Origin: Alphaproteobacteria bacterium
Lineage (GTDB): Bacteria > Pseudomonadota > Alphaproteobacteria > Rhizobiales > Beijerinckiaceae
Assembly (NCBI GenBank): GCA_021325385.1
Contig: JAJPHH010000202.1
Coordinates: 65,023 to 129,022 of the forward strand
DNA: 64,000 nucleotides
Direction: 5' to 3'
The translations under genes were made by a program, and so were the position numbers. Below the pieces are notes generated by a model. The model did not search any database. It was given only the letters and a program-made list of their open reading frames with translations, and was not told the origin of the DNA. Below are positions 9,069 through 17,886 of this stretch, piece by piece. Positions within the stretch are counted from its first letter, which is position 1. Each line of letters begins with the position of its first letter.

Positions 9069-10357
9069 GGGTTGCGCTGGTCAATCCGCCTTGGCGTTTC
9101 GACCGCAGCATCTATTTCGGCTGCCGTGAGCCGCATCTGCCGCTCGAACTCGGCGCCTGCCGCGCCCTGCTCGCCGCCGCAGGCCACGAAGCGCAGATAT
9201 TCGACGGACATCTTTGCGGCAGGGCGACGAGCGAACTTGCCGACGAGGTCGCGGCGTTCCGCCCCGCAATGACCGTCGTCACCACGGCGCCCAGCTATCT
9301 TTTCTGGCGTTGCGCGCCGCCCGAGCTCAAAGTGCCGCGCGAATTCCTGATTGCGCTTGGCGGCCGCGGCGGCCGCCGCATCGTTGTCGGGCCGCATGGA
9401 TCGGCGACGCCCGAGACGACGTTGCGCAAGCTCGACGCCGACATTGTCGTGCGCGGCGAATGCGAAGAGGTCGTCGCCTTCTTGGCCGGGGCCGCCGATT
9501 TGGCGAAAGTCCCGTCGATCGCCTTCTGGGACGGCGCCGACATTCGCGTCACGGGCGGCCCGGCCGCGGCCGCTTTCGTCGACCTTCAAGCGCTCGATTG
9601 GCCGGACGAATGGATCGCTCGCCACCATCACCATCACCACCGCTTCGAGGCCGCGCCGGATGGGCCAGGCGCCGAAGTCGAAGCCTCGCGCGGCTGTCCC
9701 TATTCCTGCTCTTTCTGCGCGAAGATCGACTATCGCGACAAATATCGCCGTCGCGCGCTGCCGCCTTTGCTCGACGAGATCGACCGGCTGATCGGGCAAG
9801 GCGCCGCCTACCTCTATTTTATCGACGAAATCTTCCTGCCGCAAAAGCCGCTGCTCGAAGCTTTGGTCGAGCGCAAGATCAAATTCGGCGTACAAACCCG
9901 CATCGATTTATGGAAACCGGACATGCTGGACCTGCTCGGCGCGGCAGGCTGCGTCTCGATCGAAGCGGGCGTCGAGAGCCTGACGATCGAGGGACGCGCG
10001 TTTCTCGACAAGAACTGCCGTCTCTCGACCGATGAACTCGCCGAGCGCCTCATCTATGCGCGCCGGCGCGTGCCTTTCGTCCAGGCCAATCTCATCAAAA
10101 TGGCCGATGACGATCCGGCGCTGATCAGGGCGTGGCGCGAGCGCTTGGCTTCGCATGACGTATGGGCCAATGATCCGGTGCCGCTCTATCCTTATCCCAG
10201 CTCGCCCGATTATCGCCGCCTATGGGGCGCGCCCGACGAGAAAGCGTGGGAGCGCGCCCATGATTACTACCTTCGTCAATTCGCGAGCTTCAGCGATATT
10301 CAGGACGAACGGCCGCTTCCATTGCCGGAACTGGAGACGTCGTGTCGCGCTTGTTGA
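9065..10357 (+). CDS. B12-binding domain / radical SAM protein (resembles the TIGR04295 rhizo-twelve family)
   Basis: GTGA overlap start (MRVALVNPPW); CxxxCxxC in RGCPYSCSFC; GEC cobalamin-domain motif; FIDEIF; internal His6. Confidence 0.88.
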   Translation: MRVALVNPPWRFDRSIYFGCREPHLPLELGACRALLAAAGHEAQIFDGHLCGRATSELADEVAAFRPAMTVVTTAPSYLFWRCAPPELKVPREFLIALGGRGGRRIVVGPHGSATPETTLRKLDADIVVRGECEEVVAFLAGAADLAKVPSIAFWDGADIRVTGGPAAAAFVDLQALDWPDEWIARHHHHHHRFEAAPDGPGAEVEASRGCPYSCSFCAKIDYRDKYRRRALPPLLDEIDRLIGQGAAYLYFIDEIFLPQKPLLEALVERKIKFGVQTRIDLWKPDMLDLLGAAGCVSIEAGVESLTIEGRAFLDKNCRLSTDELAERLIYARRRVPFVQANLIKMADDDPALIRAWRERLASHDVWANDPVPLYPYPSSPDYRRLWGAPDEKAWERAHDYYLRQFASFSDIQDERPLPLPELETSCRAC

Positions 10358-11478
10358 ACGCGTCGATCCGCCGCCTGTTGATGACCGCTGACGCGGTCGG
10401 CGGCGTGTGGATCTACGCGCTCGACCTCGCTCGCGCCCTGGCGCGCCACGGCGTCGCCGCGACGCTGGCCGTGCTCGGCCCGCCGCCTTCCGACGCGCAG
10501 CGGCGCGAAGCCGAGAATATCAAGAACCTCAAGCTGGTTCTGACAGACGCGCCGCTCGAATGGCTATGCGACGACGAAGCGAGAGTGCGCGGCGCGGCGG
10601 GTCTTCTCGCGGAGCTCGCGCGCGACGTCGGCGCGGACCTGGTCCAATTGAACGGCGCGCCTTTCGCGGCCGACGCCGACTATCCGGCGCCGGTCGTCGC
10701 GGTTCAGCATTCGTGCCTGGCGACCTGGTGGGCCGCGGTCAACGACGGCCCCGCGCCGCCGGAATGGCGCTGGCGCGCCGATCTGACCCGGCGTCATCTC
10801 GACGCGGCGGATCGCGTGGTCGCCCCGACCGCCGCTTTCGCCGACCTTGTCGCGTCGGTCTATGGCCTCGGCAAGCGGATCGACGTCGTCCATAACGGCC
10901 GCTCGCGCAGCTCGGTCGCGCCGACCGGGCGGACATTGGACGCACTCTTCACGGCCGGCAGGCTATGGGACGAAGGCAAGAATGTCGCGACGCTGGACCG
11001 CGTCGCCGCTCTGGTCGACGCGCCGTTCTTCGCCGCCGGCCCATGCGCCGGCCCGAACGGGACCCGGATCGCCAGTCGCAACCTGCAGCTTCTCGCCGAA
11101 CTCGCGAGCGACGACGTTCGCGTATGGCTGGCCAAGAGACCCATTTTCGTATCGAGCGCGCTGTACGAGCCTTTTGGCCTGACGGCGCTCGAGGCCGCGC
11201 AAGCCGGCTGCGCCCTCGTCCTTTCCGATATTCCGACTTTTCGGGAATTGTGGGATGGCGCCGCGCTGTTCGCCCCGGCGCGCGACGAGAACGCTTTCGC
11301 CTCCGCCGCGACGACCCTTCTCGAAGATCGGCTTCTGCGCCGGCGCCTGGAGCGCGCGGCGCATGAGCGCGCGCGCCGCTACAAACTCGAAGCGATGGGC
11401 CAGCGCATGGTCGCCCTCTATGACGAACTCGTCGGCAAGGGCGCTCCCGCGCCAAGCCATTCGGAGCACGCGGCGTGA
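10342..11478 (+). CDS. Glycosyltransferase family 4
   Basis: MTADAVGGVW, AGRLWDEGKN, EPFGLTALEAA. Confidence 0.88.
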   Translation: MSRLLNASIRRLLMTADAVGGVWIYALDLARALARHGVAATLAVLGPPPSDAQRREAENIKNLKLVLTDAPLEWLCDDEARVRGAAGLLAELARDVGADLVQLNGAPFAADADYPAPVVAVQHSCLATWWAAVNDGPAPPEWRWRADLTRRHLDAADRVVAPTAAFADLVASVYGLGKRIDVVHNGRSRSSVAPTGRTLDALFTAGRLWDEGKNVATLDRVAALVDAPFFAAGPCAGPNGTRIASRNLQLLAELASDDVRVWLAKRPIFVSSALYEPFGLTALEAAQAGCALVLSDIPTFRELWDGAALFAPARDENAFASAATTLLEDRLLRRRLERAAHERARRYKLEAMGQRMVALYDELVGKGAPAPSHSEHAA

Positions 11479-12584
11479 AGGTCGCTTATTTCACGCATTC
11501 CCTTGCGTCCTGCTGGAATCATGGCAACGCGCATTTCCTGCGCGGCGTCCTACGCGAGCTGATTCTTGCGGGCCATGAGGTCGCCGCCTTCGAACCGCGC
11601 GGCGCCTGGAGCTTGACGCATTTGCTCGAAGATCACGGCGAAGCAGGGCTTGCGCCCTATCGGGCCGCCTATCCCGAACTCTCTTCGATCGAATACGATC
11701 GCGATTTCGACCCCGAAGCCGCGCTCGACGGCTACGATCTCGTGATCGTCCACGAATGGAGCGAGCCGCAACTCGTCGCCGCTCTTGGCGGCTTGCGGCG
11801 GCGAGGCGCGAAATTCACCCTGCTTTTTCACGACACTCATCACCGCGCGGTCAGCGATCCTGACGCGATCCGCGCCTTCGATCTCGACTTCTATGACGGC
11901 GTGCTGGCCTTCGGCGAAGCGCTCGCCGCGGTGTACCGGCTTTGGGGCTGGGGCGACCGCGTCTTCGTCTGGCACGAAGCCGCCGACACTCGCCTGTTCA
12001 AGCCGCCGGAGGCCGAAGGGCCGCGCCATGGCCTGGTCTGGATCGGCAATTGGGGCGACGACGAGCGCTCCGCGGAACTGGAGAAGTTCCTGCTCGCGCC
12101 GGCGCAGCGCGCCGCGCTGCCGCTCGACATCTATGGCGTCCGCTATCCGGCGCACGCCCTGGCCGCGCTGCGCCGCTATGGCGCACGGCGCCATGGCTGG
12201 CTCGCCAATGCGCTGGTCCCCGCCGTCTTCGCGAAAAGCCTCGCGACAGTACATGTGCCCCGGCGCTTCTACGCCGAAAAGCTGCCCGGCATTCCGACCA
12301 TTCGGGTCTTCGAGGCCTTGGCTTGCGGCGTTCCGCTCCTCTCGGCGCCCTGGTCCGATGCGGAAGGCCTGTTCCGGCCGGGGGAAGATTATCTGGTCGC
12401 GCGCAACGGCGACGAAATGACGGCTCACATGCGCGCCGTCTCCGAAGATGGCGATCTGCGCGCCAGCCTCGTCAAGAACGGGCTCGCCGCCATTCGCGCC
12501 CGCCATAGCTGCGCCCATCGCGCCGCCGAGCTTGTGCGGATCGCCGCCCATATCAAGCAAGCCGCGGCTTTGGAGACCGCTTGA
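11475..12584 (+). CDS. CgeB/YkvP-like glycosyltransferase (DUF3880 / GT1_2 type)
   Basis: SCWNHGNAHFLRG, WIGNWGDDER, PTIRVFEALACG. Confidence 0.85.
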   Translation: MKVAYFTHSLASCWNHGNAHFLRGVLRELILAGHEVAAFEPRGAWSLTHLLEDHGEAGLAPYRAAYPELSSIEYDRDFDPEAALDGYDLVIVHEWSEPQLVAALGGLRRRGAKFTLLFHDTHHRAVSDPDAIRAFDLDFYDGVLAFGEALAAVYRLWGWGDRVFVWHEAADTRLFKPPEAEGPRHGLVWIGNWGDDERSAELEKFLLAPAQRAALPLDIYGVRYPAHALAALRRYGARRHGWLANALVPAVFAKSLATVHVPRRFYAEKLPGIPTIRVFEALACGVPLLSAPWSDAEGLFRPGEDYLVARNGDEMTAHMRAVSEDGDLRASLVKNGLAAIRARHSCAHRAAELVRIAAHIKQAAALETA

Positions 12585-13678
12585 TGGACATCGCCTTTTA
12601 TGGATCGAGCCTGCTGTCCTCTTATTGGAACGGCGCGGCGACCTATTATCGCGGCTTGCTCTTCGATCTCGCCCGGCGCGGCCACAAGATCACGTTCTAC
12701 GAGCCTGACGCGTTCGATCGTCAGCAGCATCGCGACATGGAGCCGCCGGCCTGGGCGGCGGTGGAAGTCTACCCGGCCGAAGACTCGGCGATGCGGCGCG
12801 TCGTCGCCGAGGCCGCAAACGCGGACGTCGTGGTCAAGGCGAGCGGCGTCGGAATTTTCGACGACGAGTTGCTCGACGGCGTGCTGGCGGCGTCGCGACC
12901 AGACGCGATCCGCATCTTCTGGGACGTCGACGCGCCGGCGACCCTCGCCGAAATGCGCAAAGACCCGGACCATCCGATGCGCCGCGCCCTCCCCGCTCTC
13001 GACGCGGTCCTGACCTATGGCGGCGGCCCGCCGGTCGTCGAGGCGTACCAAGGCTTCGGCGCGGCGTTCTGCACGCCGATTTACAATGCGCTCGATCCGT
13101 CGACCCATCATCCGGTCGCCGCCGATCCGCGCTTCGCCTGCGACCTCGCCTTTCTCGGCAATCGCCTGCCGGATCGCGAATCTCGAGTCGAAGAGTTTTT
13201 GCTGAGGCCGGCGACGATGCTGCCGCAGCGAAGCTTTCTCCTCGCCGGCAACGGCTGGGAGACAAAGCCGACGCCGGACAACGTCCGCACGCTCGGCCAC
13301 GTCTATACGCGCGATCACAACGCGTTCAACGCGACGCCGCGCGCCGTTCTCAATATCGCTCGCGACAGCATGGCCGAGACCGGCTACTCGCCGGCGACTC
13401 GGGTCTTCGAGGCGGCCGGCGCCGCCGCCTGCATCATCACCGACGCCTGGCGCGGCGTCGAACATTTCTTGCGGCCCGACGCTGAAATCCTCGTCGCCCG
13501 CGACGGCCGCGACGTCGCCGCGCATCTCGCCCATCTCACCGCGGAAACCGTGCGCCGAATCGGCGAAGCCGCGCGCCGGCGGATCTTGGCGGAGCATACG
13601 TACGAAAAGCGCGGCGCCGAAGTCGACGCCATCTTGCGGAGGATAGCGCAGTCGAAAGCGGAAAGGAGCGCGGCGTGA
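12581..13678 (+). CDS. CgeB/YkvP-like glycosyltransferase
   Basis: SSYWNGAATYYRG, FLGNRLPDRE, SPATRVFEAAG. Confidence 0.85.
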   Translation: MMDIAFYGSSLLSSYWNGAATYYRGLLFDLARRGHKITFYEPDAFDRQQHRDMEPPAWAAVEVYPAEDSAMRRVVAEAANADVVVKASGVGIFDDELLDGVLAASRPDAIRIFWDVDAPATLAEMRKDPDHPMRRALPALDAVLTYGGGPPVVEAYQGFGAAFCTPIYNALDPSTHHPVAADPRFACDLAFLGNRLPDRESRVEEFLLRPATMLPQRSFLLAGNGWETKPTPDNVRTLGHVYTRDHNAFNATPRAVLNIARDSMAETGYSPATRVFEAAGAAACIITDAWRGVEHFLRPDAEILVARDGRDVAAHLAHLTAETVRRIGEAARRRILAEHTYEKRGAEVDAILRRIAQSKAERSAA

Positions 13679-14862
13679 CCCGCAGGCTCCGCCTCGTCGT
13701 CATTGGCCTCGCCCTTTCCTCGTCCTGGGGCAACGGCCATGCGACGACTTATCGCGCCCTGCTCCGCGCCTTCGCCAAACGCGGTCACGAGATTACATTT
13801 CTCGAACAGGATCAGCCGTGGTACGCCGACCACCGCGACCTTGCCCGGCCCGATTTCTGCCGCCTCGTCCTCTATCGCGACGCGCTGCATTTGAAGGCTT
13901 TCCGCGACCTGATCGCCGAGGCGGACGCCGTGGTGGTCGGCTCGTACGTCGCCAACGGCGCCGCAATCGGGCGATGGGTTCAGAGCTTGCGCCGCGGCGT
14001 CACCGCGTTCTACGACATCGACACGCCGGTGACGCTGGCCAAGCTCGAGCGCGGCGACTGCGACTATCTCGCGCCCGACCTGATCCCCTTCTACGATCCC
14101 TACCTGTCGTTCAGCGGCGGTCCAGCGCTCGAGACTCTCGAACGGCGCTTCGGCGCGCCGGCCGCGAGGCCGCTCTATTGCGCCGTGGACGAGGGCTTTT
14201 ATCGGCCGCTCGCTTTGAAGCCGCGCTTCGATCTCGGCTATCTCGGCACTTACAGCGCCGATCGACAGCAGGCCTTGGAGCGATTGCTGATCGAGCCGGC
14301 GCGGCGCGCGCCGCATCTCAGCTTCGTGGTCGCCGGTCCGCAATTTCCTGACGATATCGCATGGCCCGACAACGTGACCCGCTTTCAGCATGTCGGGCCT
14401 GCCGACCATCCGGCGTTCTATGCGAGCTGCCGCTTCTCCTTGAACGTGACGCGGGCGGACATGGCGCGATTGGGTTTCAGCCCCAGCGTCCGTCTGTTCG
14501 AAGCGGCCGCCTGCGCGAGCCCGATCATCTCCGACCGCTGGCCCGGCCTCGACAGCCTGTTTCGACCGGATCGGGAGATTTTGCTCGCCGCCAGCGCCGA
14601 CGACGCGCTCGCCATCCTGCTGCACATGAGCGAGGCCGATCGACGCGCGCTGGGGAAAGCGGCGCGGCGCCGCTTGCTCGGCGCCCATCGCGCGAGCCAT
14701 CGCGCCGAAGAATTGGAACGGCATTTGCTCGAGGCGCTGAGCCGAAAGCGGCCCGGCGCGCCCGATCGCCCGTCCCTCCCCGCCCCGCTTGCGTTGAAAC
14801 CCGACGCTGCGGCCCGCGCCGCGCGCGAAGCGACGGCGCTCAGACGCCACGAACGAGCATGA
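13675..14862 (+). CDS. CgeB/YkvP-like glycosyltransferase
   Basis: SSWGNGHATTYR, YLGTYSADRQ, SPSVRLFEAAA. Confidence 0.85.
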   Translation: MTRRLRLVVIGLALSSSWGNGHATTYRALLRAFAKRGHEITFLEQDQPWYADHRDLARPDFCRLVLYRDALHLKAFRDLIAEADAVVVGSYVANGAAIGRWVQSLRRGVTAFYDIDTPVTLAKLERGDCDYLAPDLIPFYDPYLSFSGGPALETLERRFGAPAARPLYCAVDEGFYRPLALKPRFDLGYLGTYSADRQQALERLLIEPARRAPHLSFVVAGPQFPDDIAWPDNVTRFQHVGPADHPAFYASCRFSLNVTRADMARLGFSPSVRLFEAAACASPIISDRWPGLDSLFRPDREILLAASADDALAILLHMSEADRRALGKAARRRLLGAHRASHRAEELERHLLEALSRKRPGAPDRPSLPAPLALKPDAAARAAREATALRRHERA

Positions 14863-15277
14863 TGCGTCGAGAGATCATGAAGTTACGAAAAGCGAACGAA
14901 CAATTTCTTGGTCACGCGGTCCGCCTCGATCATTACCTACGTCCCAACCGGGAGAGAGAGCGCCGCTCCCGGCCTCGATCGGTCAGCGAGTCCTCGAAGG
15001 AGCTGAGAAGCGTAATTCCAAATTTTTTTCGCTCTAACGCATTGAAACCGCCAAAAACGGCAAAATAAAACCGGAAAAGCTTGGCGGCCCGGATCGCGCC
15101 TCGCGGGATCGACGAGCTTTTTTCGAACGCCGGCGGCGCGATCCTTCTTTCCGCCCCCGCAACGATTTTTGAAATCTTTTGCCGTTGCGAGCCTGCCCTG
15201 ACGCGCGGATCGCCGCCGGTACGGTCATCGTCCGCCGGCGAATTCCTGACGAGCGTCGCGCCGGAAGCGCCGCGCGC

Positions 15278-15302
15278 GGAACGTCGTCGGTTCTGTTCTG
15301 TT
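15278..15302 (+). promoter_or_regulatory. Candidate EcfG/SigT promoter for the APC permease
   Basis: GGAAC-N16-TGTT 55 bp upstream of ATG 15358. Confidence 0.55.
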
Positions 15303-15357
15303 CTTGCCGCAGGGCCGCAACGCGCGGCCGCTCGGCGCAAAACTCGAGGCGCGGCGC

Positions 15358-17262
15358 ATGGCTTGGTTAGATGTTCTGCTCGGCGCTCGCCTCGCCAATC
15401 GCGATTATGGCCGGCGCAAAATCGGCGCCTTCGAAGGCCTGCCGGCAATGGGCCTGGACGGCCTCGGCTCTTCGGCCTATGGGCCGGAAGCCGCGCTGAC
15501 CATCCTCATTCCGCTCGGCGCAGCCGGCTCGGCCTATATCGAAGGCGTCATGGCGCCGATCGTCGCGCTGCTGATGATCCTGTTCGTCTCCTATTGGCAA
15601 ACCATTCGCGCTTATCCGAACAATGGCGGCGCTTATATCGTCACCAAGGAAAATCTCGGAACGAATGTCAGCCTGCTCGCCGCAGCCGCCTTGATGATCG
15701 ACTACGTTCTCAACGTCGCGGTCGGCATTTCGGCCGGCGTCGGCGCGCTGGTCTCGGCCGCGCCGGCGCTGCATCCTTACATCTTGCCGATCTGCCTCGG
15801 CGTTCTCGTCCTTGTCACGATCGCCAATCTGCGCGGCACGCTCGATGCGGGGCGGCTCTTCGCGGCGCCGACCTATCTCTTCGTCGTCAGCTTCGTCGCG
15901 ATTATCGCGATCGGCGTCGCCAAGGCGCTGTTGTCGGGCGGGCATCCGGCGCCGGTCGCGCCGCCGCCGGCGCCGCCGCCGGCGACGGAAAGCCTGAGCC
16001 TTTGGCTGCTGCTGCGCGCCTTCGCCAGCGGCTGCACGGCCATGACCGGCGTCGAGGCGGTAAGCAACGGCATGAGCGCCTTTCGCGAGCCGCCGGTCAA
16101 GTACGGACATCGAACCCTGGCGGCGATCGTCGGCATTCTCGCCATCCTCCTCGCCGGAATCGCCTACTTGGCCAATTCCTATCGCATTATGGCGATGGAC
16201 CAGACGCAGCCGGGCTATCGCAGCGTTTTGTCGCAACTGGTCGGCGCGGTCATCGGCGAGAACGCGTTCTTCTACGTCGCGATCGGCTCGCTGCTCTGCG
16301 TCCTCGTCCTTTCCGCGAACACCAGTTTCGTCGATTTTCCCCGGCTTTGCCGGATGGTCGCCGAGGACGGCTTCTTGCCCAAGTCCTTCGCCATAGCCGG
16401 CCGGCGGCTCGTCTTTTCGGTCGGCATTCTTTATCTCGCCGCGACCGCCGGGACGCTGCTGTTCGCCTTCGGCGGCATTACCGACCGGCTGATCCCGCTT
16501 TTCGCCATCGGCGCCTTCCTGACCTTCACCCTCTCTCAGGGGGGAATGGCGGTCCATTGGCGTCGCGCCCTGCGCCGAAGCAAATCCCGGCGCGAAGCCG
16601 GCGCCCACCACCTTCATTTCTGGATCAACGCCGTCGGCGCGAGCGCGACCGGCCTCGCCTTGGCCGTCATCATCGTCGCGAAATTTCTCGAAGGGGCCTG
16701 GATCACGATTTTGGTCATCCCCGCGGTCATCGCGCTGCTGGTCAGCATCCATCGCTACTACCGCTGGGTGGCGCGAGAGGTTTGCGATCCTGGACCGCTC
16801 GAGATCGACGCGGGTTCTTCGCCGATCATTCTGATCCCCATCGAAGATTGGGACAAATTGACCGCCAAGGCCCTGCGCCTGGCGCTCACCCTTTCGCCGG
16901 ACGTCGTCGGCGTCCATCTCACGCATCTCTCCGGCCCCGAGGCGCGGGAACGCGAGGAATCTCTGCGGGCGCGCTGGCGAGGCAGCGTCGAGCAGCCTGC
17001 CGCGGCGGCCGGAATCGCCGCGCCTCGATTGATGATCCTGCAAGCGCAATATCGCGATATTCACGAGCCCGTCCTGAAGCTCGCCGGCGAGCTGGGACAG
17101 AAATTCCCCGGCCGCAGCGTCGCCGTTCTCATTCCCGAAGTGGTGAAGCGGCATTGGTATCAATATCTGCTGCATGTCGGCTATGCCGACCATCTGCGTC
17201 GCCAGCTCTTGCGCAAAGGCGACTCGCGGCTGGCTGTCATAGACGTTCCGTGGCGGCTTTGA
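15358..17262 (+). CDS. APC-superfamily permease, YdaO/KimA-like
   Basis: GLDGLGSSAYGPEA, YPNNGGAY, AFASGCTAMTGVEAVSNG, FVDFPRL; about 12 TM segments plus a soluble C-terminal domain. Confidence 0.85.
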   Translation: MAWLDVLLGARLANRDYGRRKIGAFEGLPAMGLDGLGSSAYGPEAALTILIPLGAAGSAYIEGVMAPIVALLMILFVSYWQTIRAYPNNGGAYIVTKENLGTNVSLLAAAALMIDYVLNVAVGISAGVGALVSAAPALHPYILPICLGVLVLVTIANLRGTLDAGRLFAAPTYLFVVSFVAIIAIGVAKALLSGGHPAPVAPPPAPPPATESLSLWLLLRAFASGCTAMTGVEAVSNGMSAFREPPVKYGHRTLAAIVGILAILLAGIAYLANSYRIMAMDQTQPGYRSVLSQLVGAVIGENAFFYVAIGSLLCVLVLSANTSFVDFPRLCRMVAEDGFLPKSFAIAGRRLVFSVGILYLAATAGTLLFAFGGITDRLIPLFAIGAFLTFTLSQGGMAVHWRRALRRSKSRREAGAHHLHFWINAVGASATGLALAVIIVAKFLEGAWITILVIPAVIALLVSIHRYYRWVAREVCDPGPLEIDAGSSPIILIPIEDWDKLTAKALRLALTLSPDVVGVHLTHLSGPEAREREESLRARWRGSVEQPAAAAGIAAPRLMILQAQYRDIHEPVLKLAGELGQKFPGRSVAVLIPEVVKRHWYQYLLHVGYADHLRRQLLRKGDSRLAVIDVPWRL

Positions 17263-17293
17263 CCCCGCCGCGAGCGATGGCCCTGAACGCGCC

Positions 17294-17318
17294 GGAACAG
17301 GCTGGCGCCTCTGTCGTT
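17294..17318 (+). promoter_or_regulatory. EcfG/SigT-type promoter for the CBS-PCMT unit
   Basis: Exact GGAAC-N16-CGTT. Confidence 0.75.
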
Positions 17319-17436
17319 AAGCGCTAGAGCTGGCGGAGCCTCCATTTCGCTGAGCGCCGTCGCGCATCGGCCGACTCGACGGGGGCGACCGGCGCCAGCT
17401 CGAACGATCACGCACATCCCGGAGGAGGAGATTGCG

Positions 17437-17868
17437 ATGCATGTCAGCGAGACCATGACGCGAGACGTTCAATTGGCGAGGCCGGAGCAGACGATCCAGG
17501 ACGCGGCCCGCGCAATGGCCGGAATCGACGCCGGCGCTTTGCCCGTCGCCGACGGCGACCGGCTCATCGGCATGATCACCGATCGCGATATCGCCATCCG
17601 CGCCATCGCGGCCGGCAAAGGCCCGCAAACCAAGGTGAAAGAGGTGATGACCTCGGACGTCAAATATTGCGTCGAAGACCAGGATGTCGAAGAGGTCGCC
17701 CGTAACATGGGCGACATCCAGGTCCGCCGCCTGCCGGTCGTCAATCGCGACAAGCGCCTGGTCGGCATCCTCTCGTTGGGCGACATCGCCTTTACGGCCG
17801 ACGGCAAGGCGAGCGAGGCGCTGAGCGGCATTTCGCGGCCCGGCGGCGCCCATACCCAGACCGGCTGA
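17437..17868 (+). CDS. CBS-domain pair protein
   Basis: GMITDRDI, VRRLPVV, GILSLGDI; strong GGAGGAGGAG RBS. Confidence 0.92.
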   Translation: MHVSETMTRDVQLARPEQTIQDAARAMAGIDAGALPVADGDRLIGMITDRDIAIRAIAAGKGPQTKVKEVMTSDVKYCVEDQDVEEVARNMGDIQVRRLPVVNRDKRLVGILSLGDIAFTADGKASEALSGISRPGGAHTQTG

Positions 17869-17886
17869 CGGCCCGCGCGGCGCGCG

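Noticed and set aside
14859-15068. 69-aa ORF coupled by ATGA to the last CgeB gene
   Set aside because: No RBS, no motif, Arg/Ser-rich and runs into an AT-rich promoter-like region; cannot be supported without homology or Ribo-seq data
15246-15285. CTGACGAG followed by a GC stem, suggestive of a hammerhead ribozyme or riboswitch upstream of the permease
   Set aside because: No GAAA core after stem II and no closing stems; the region is better explained by the GGAAC-N16-TGTT promoter
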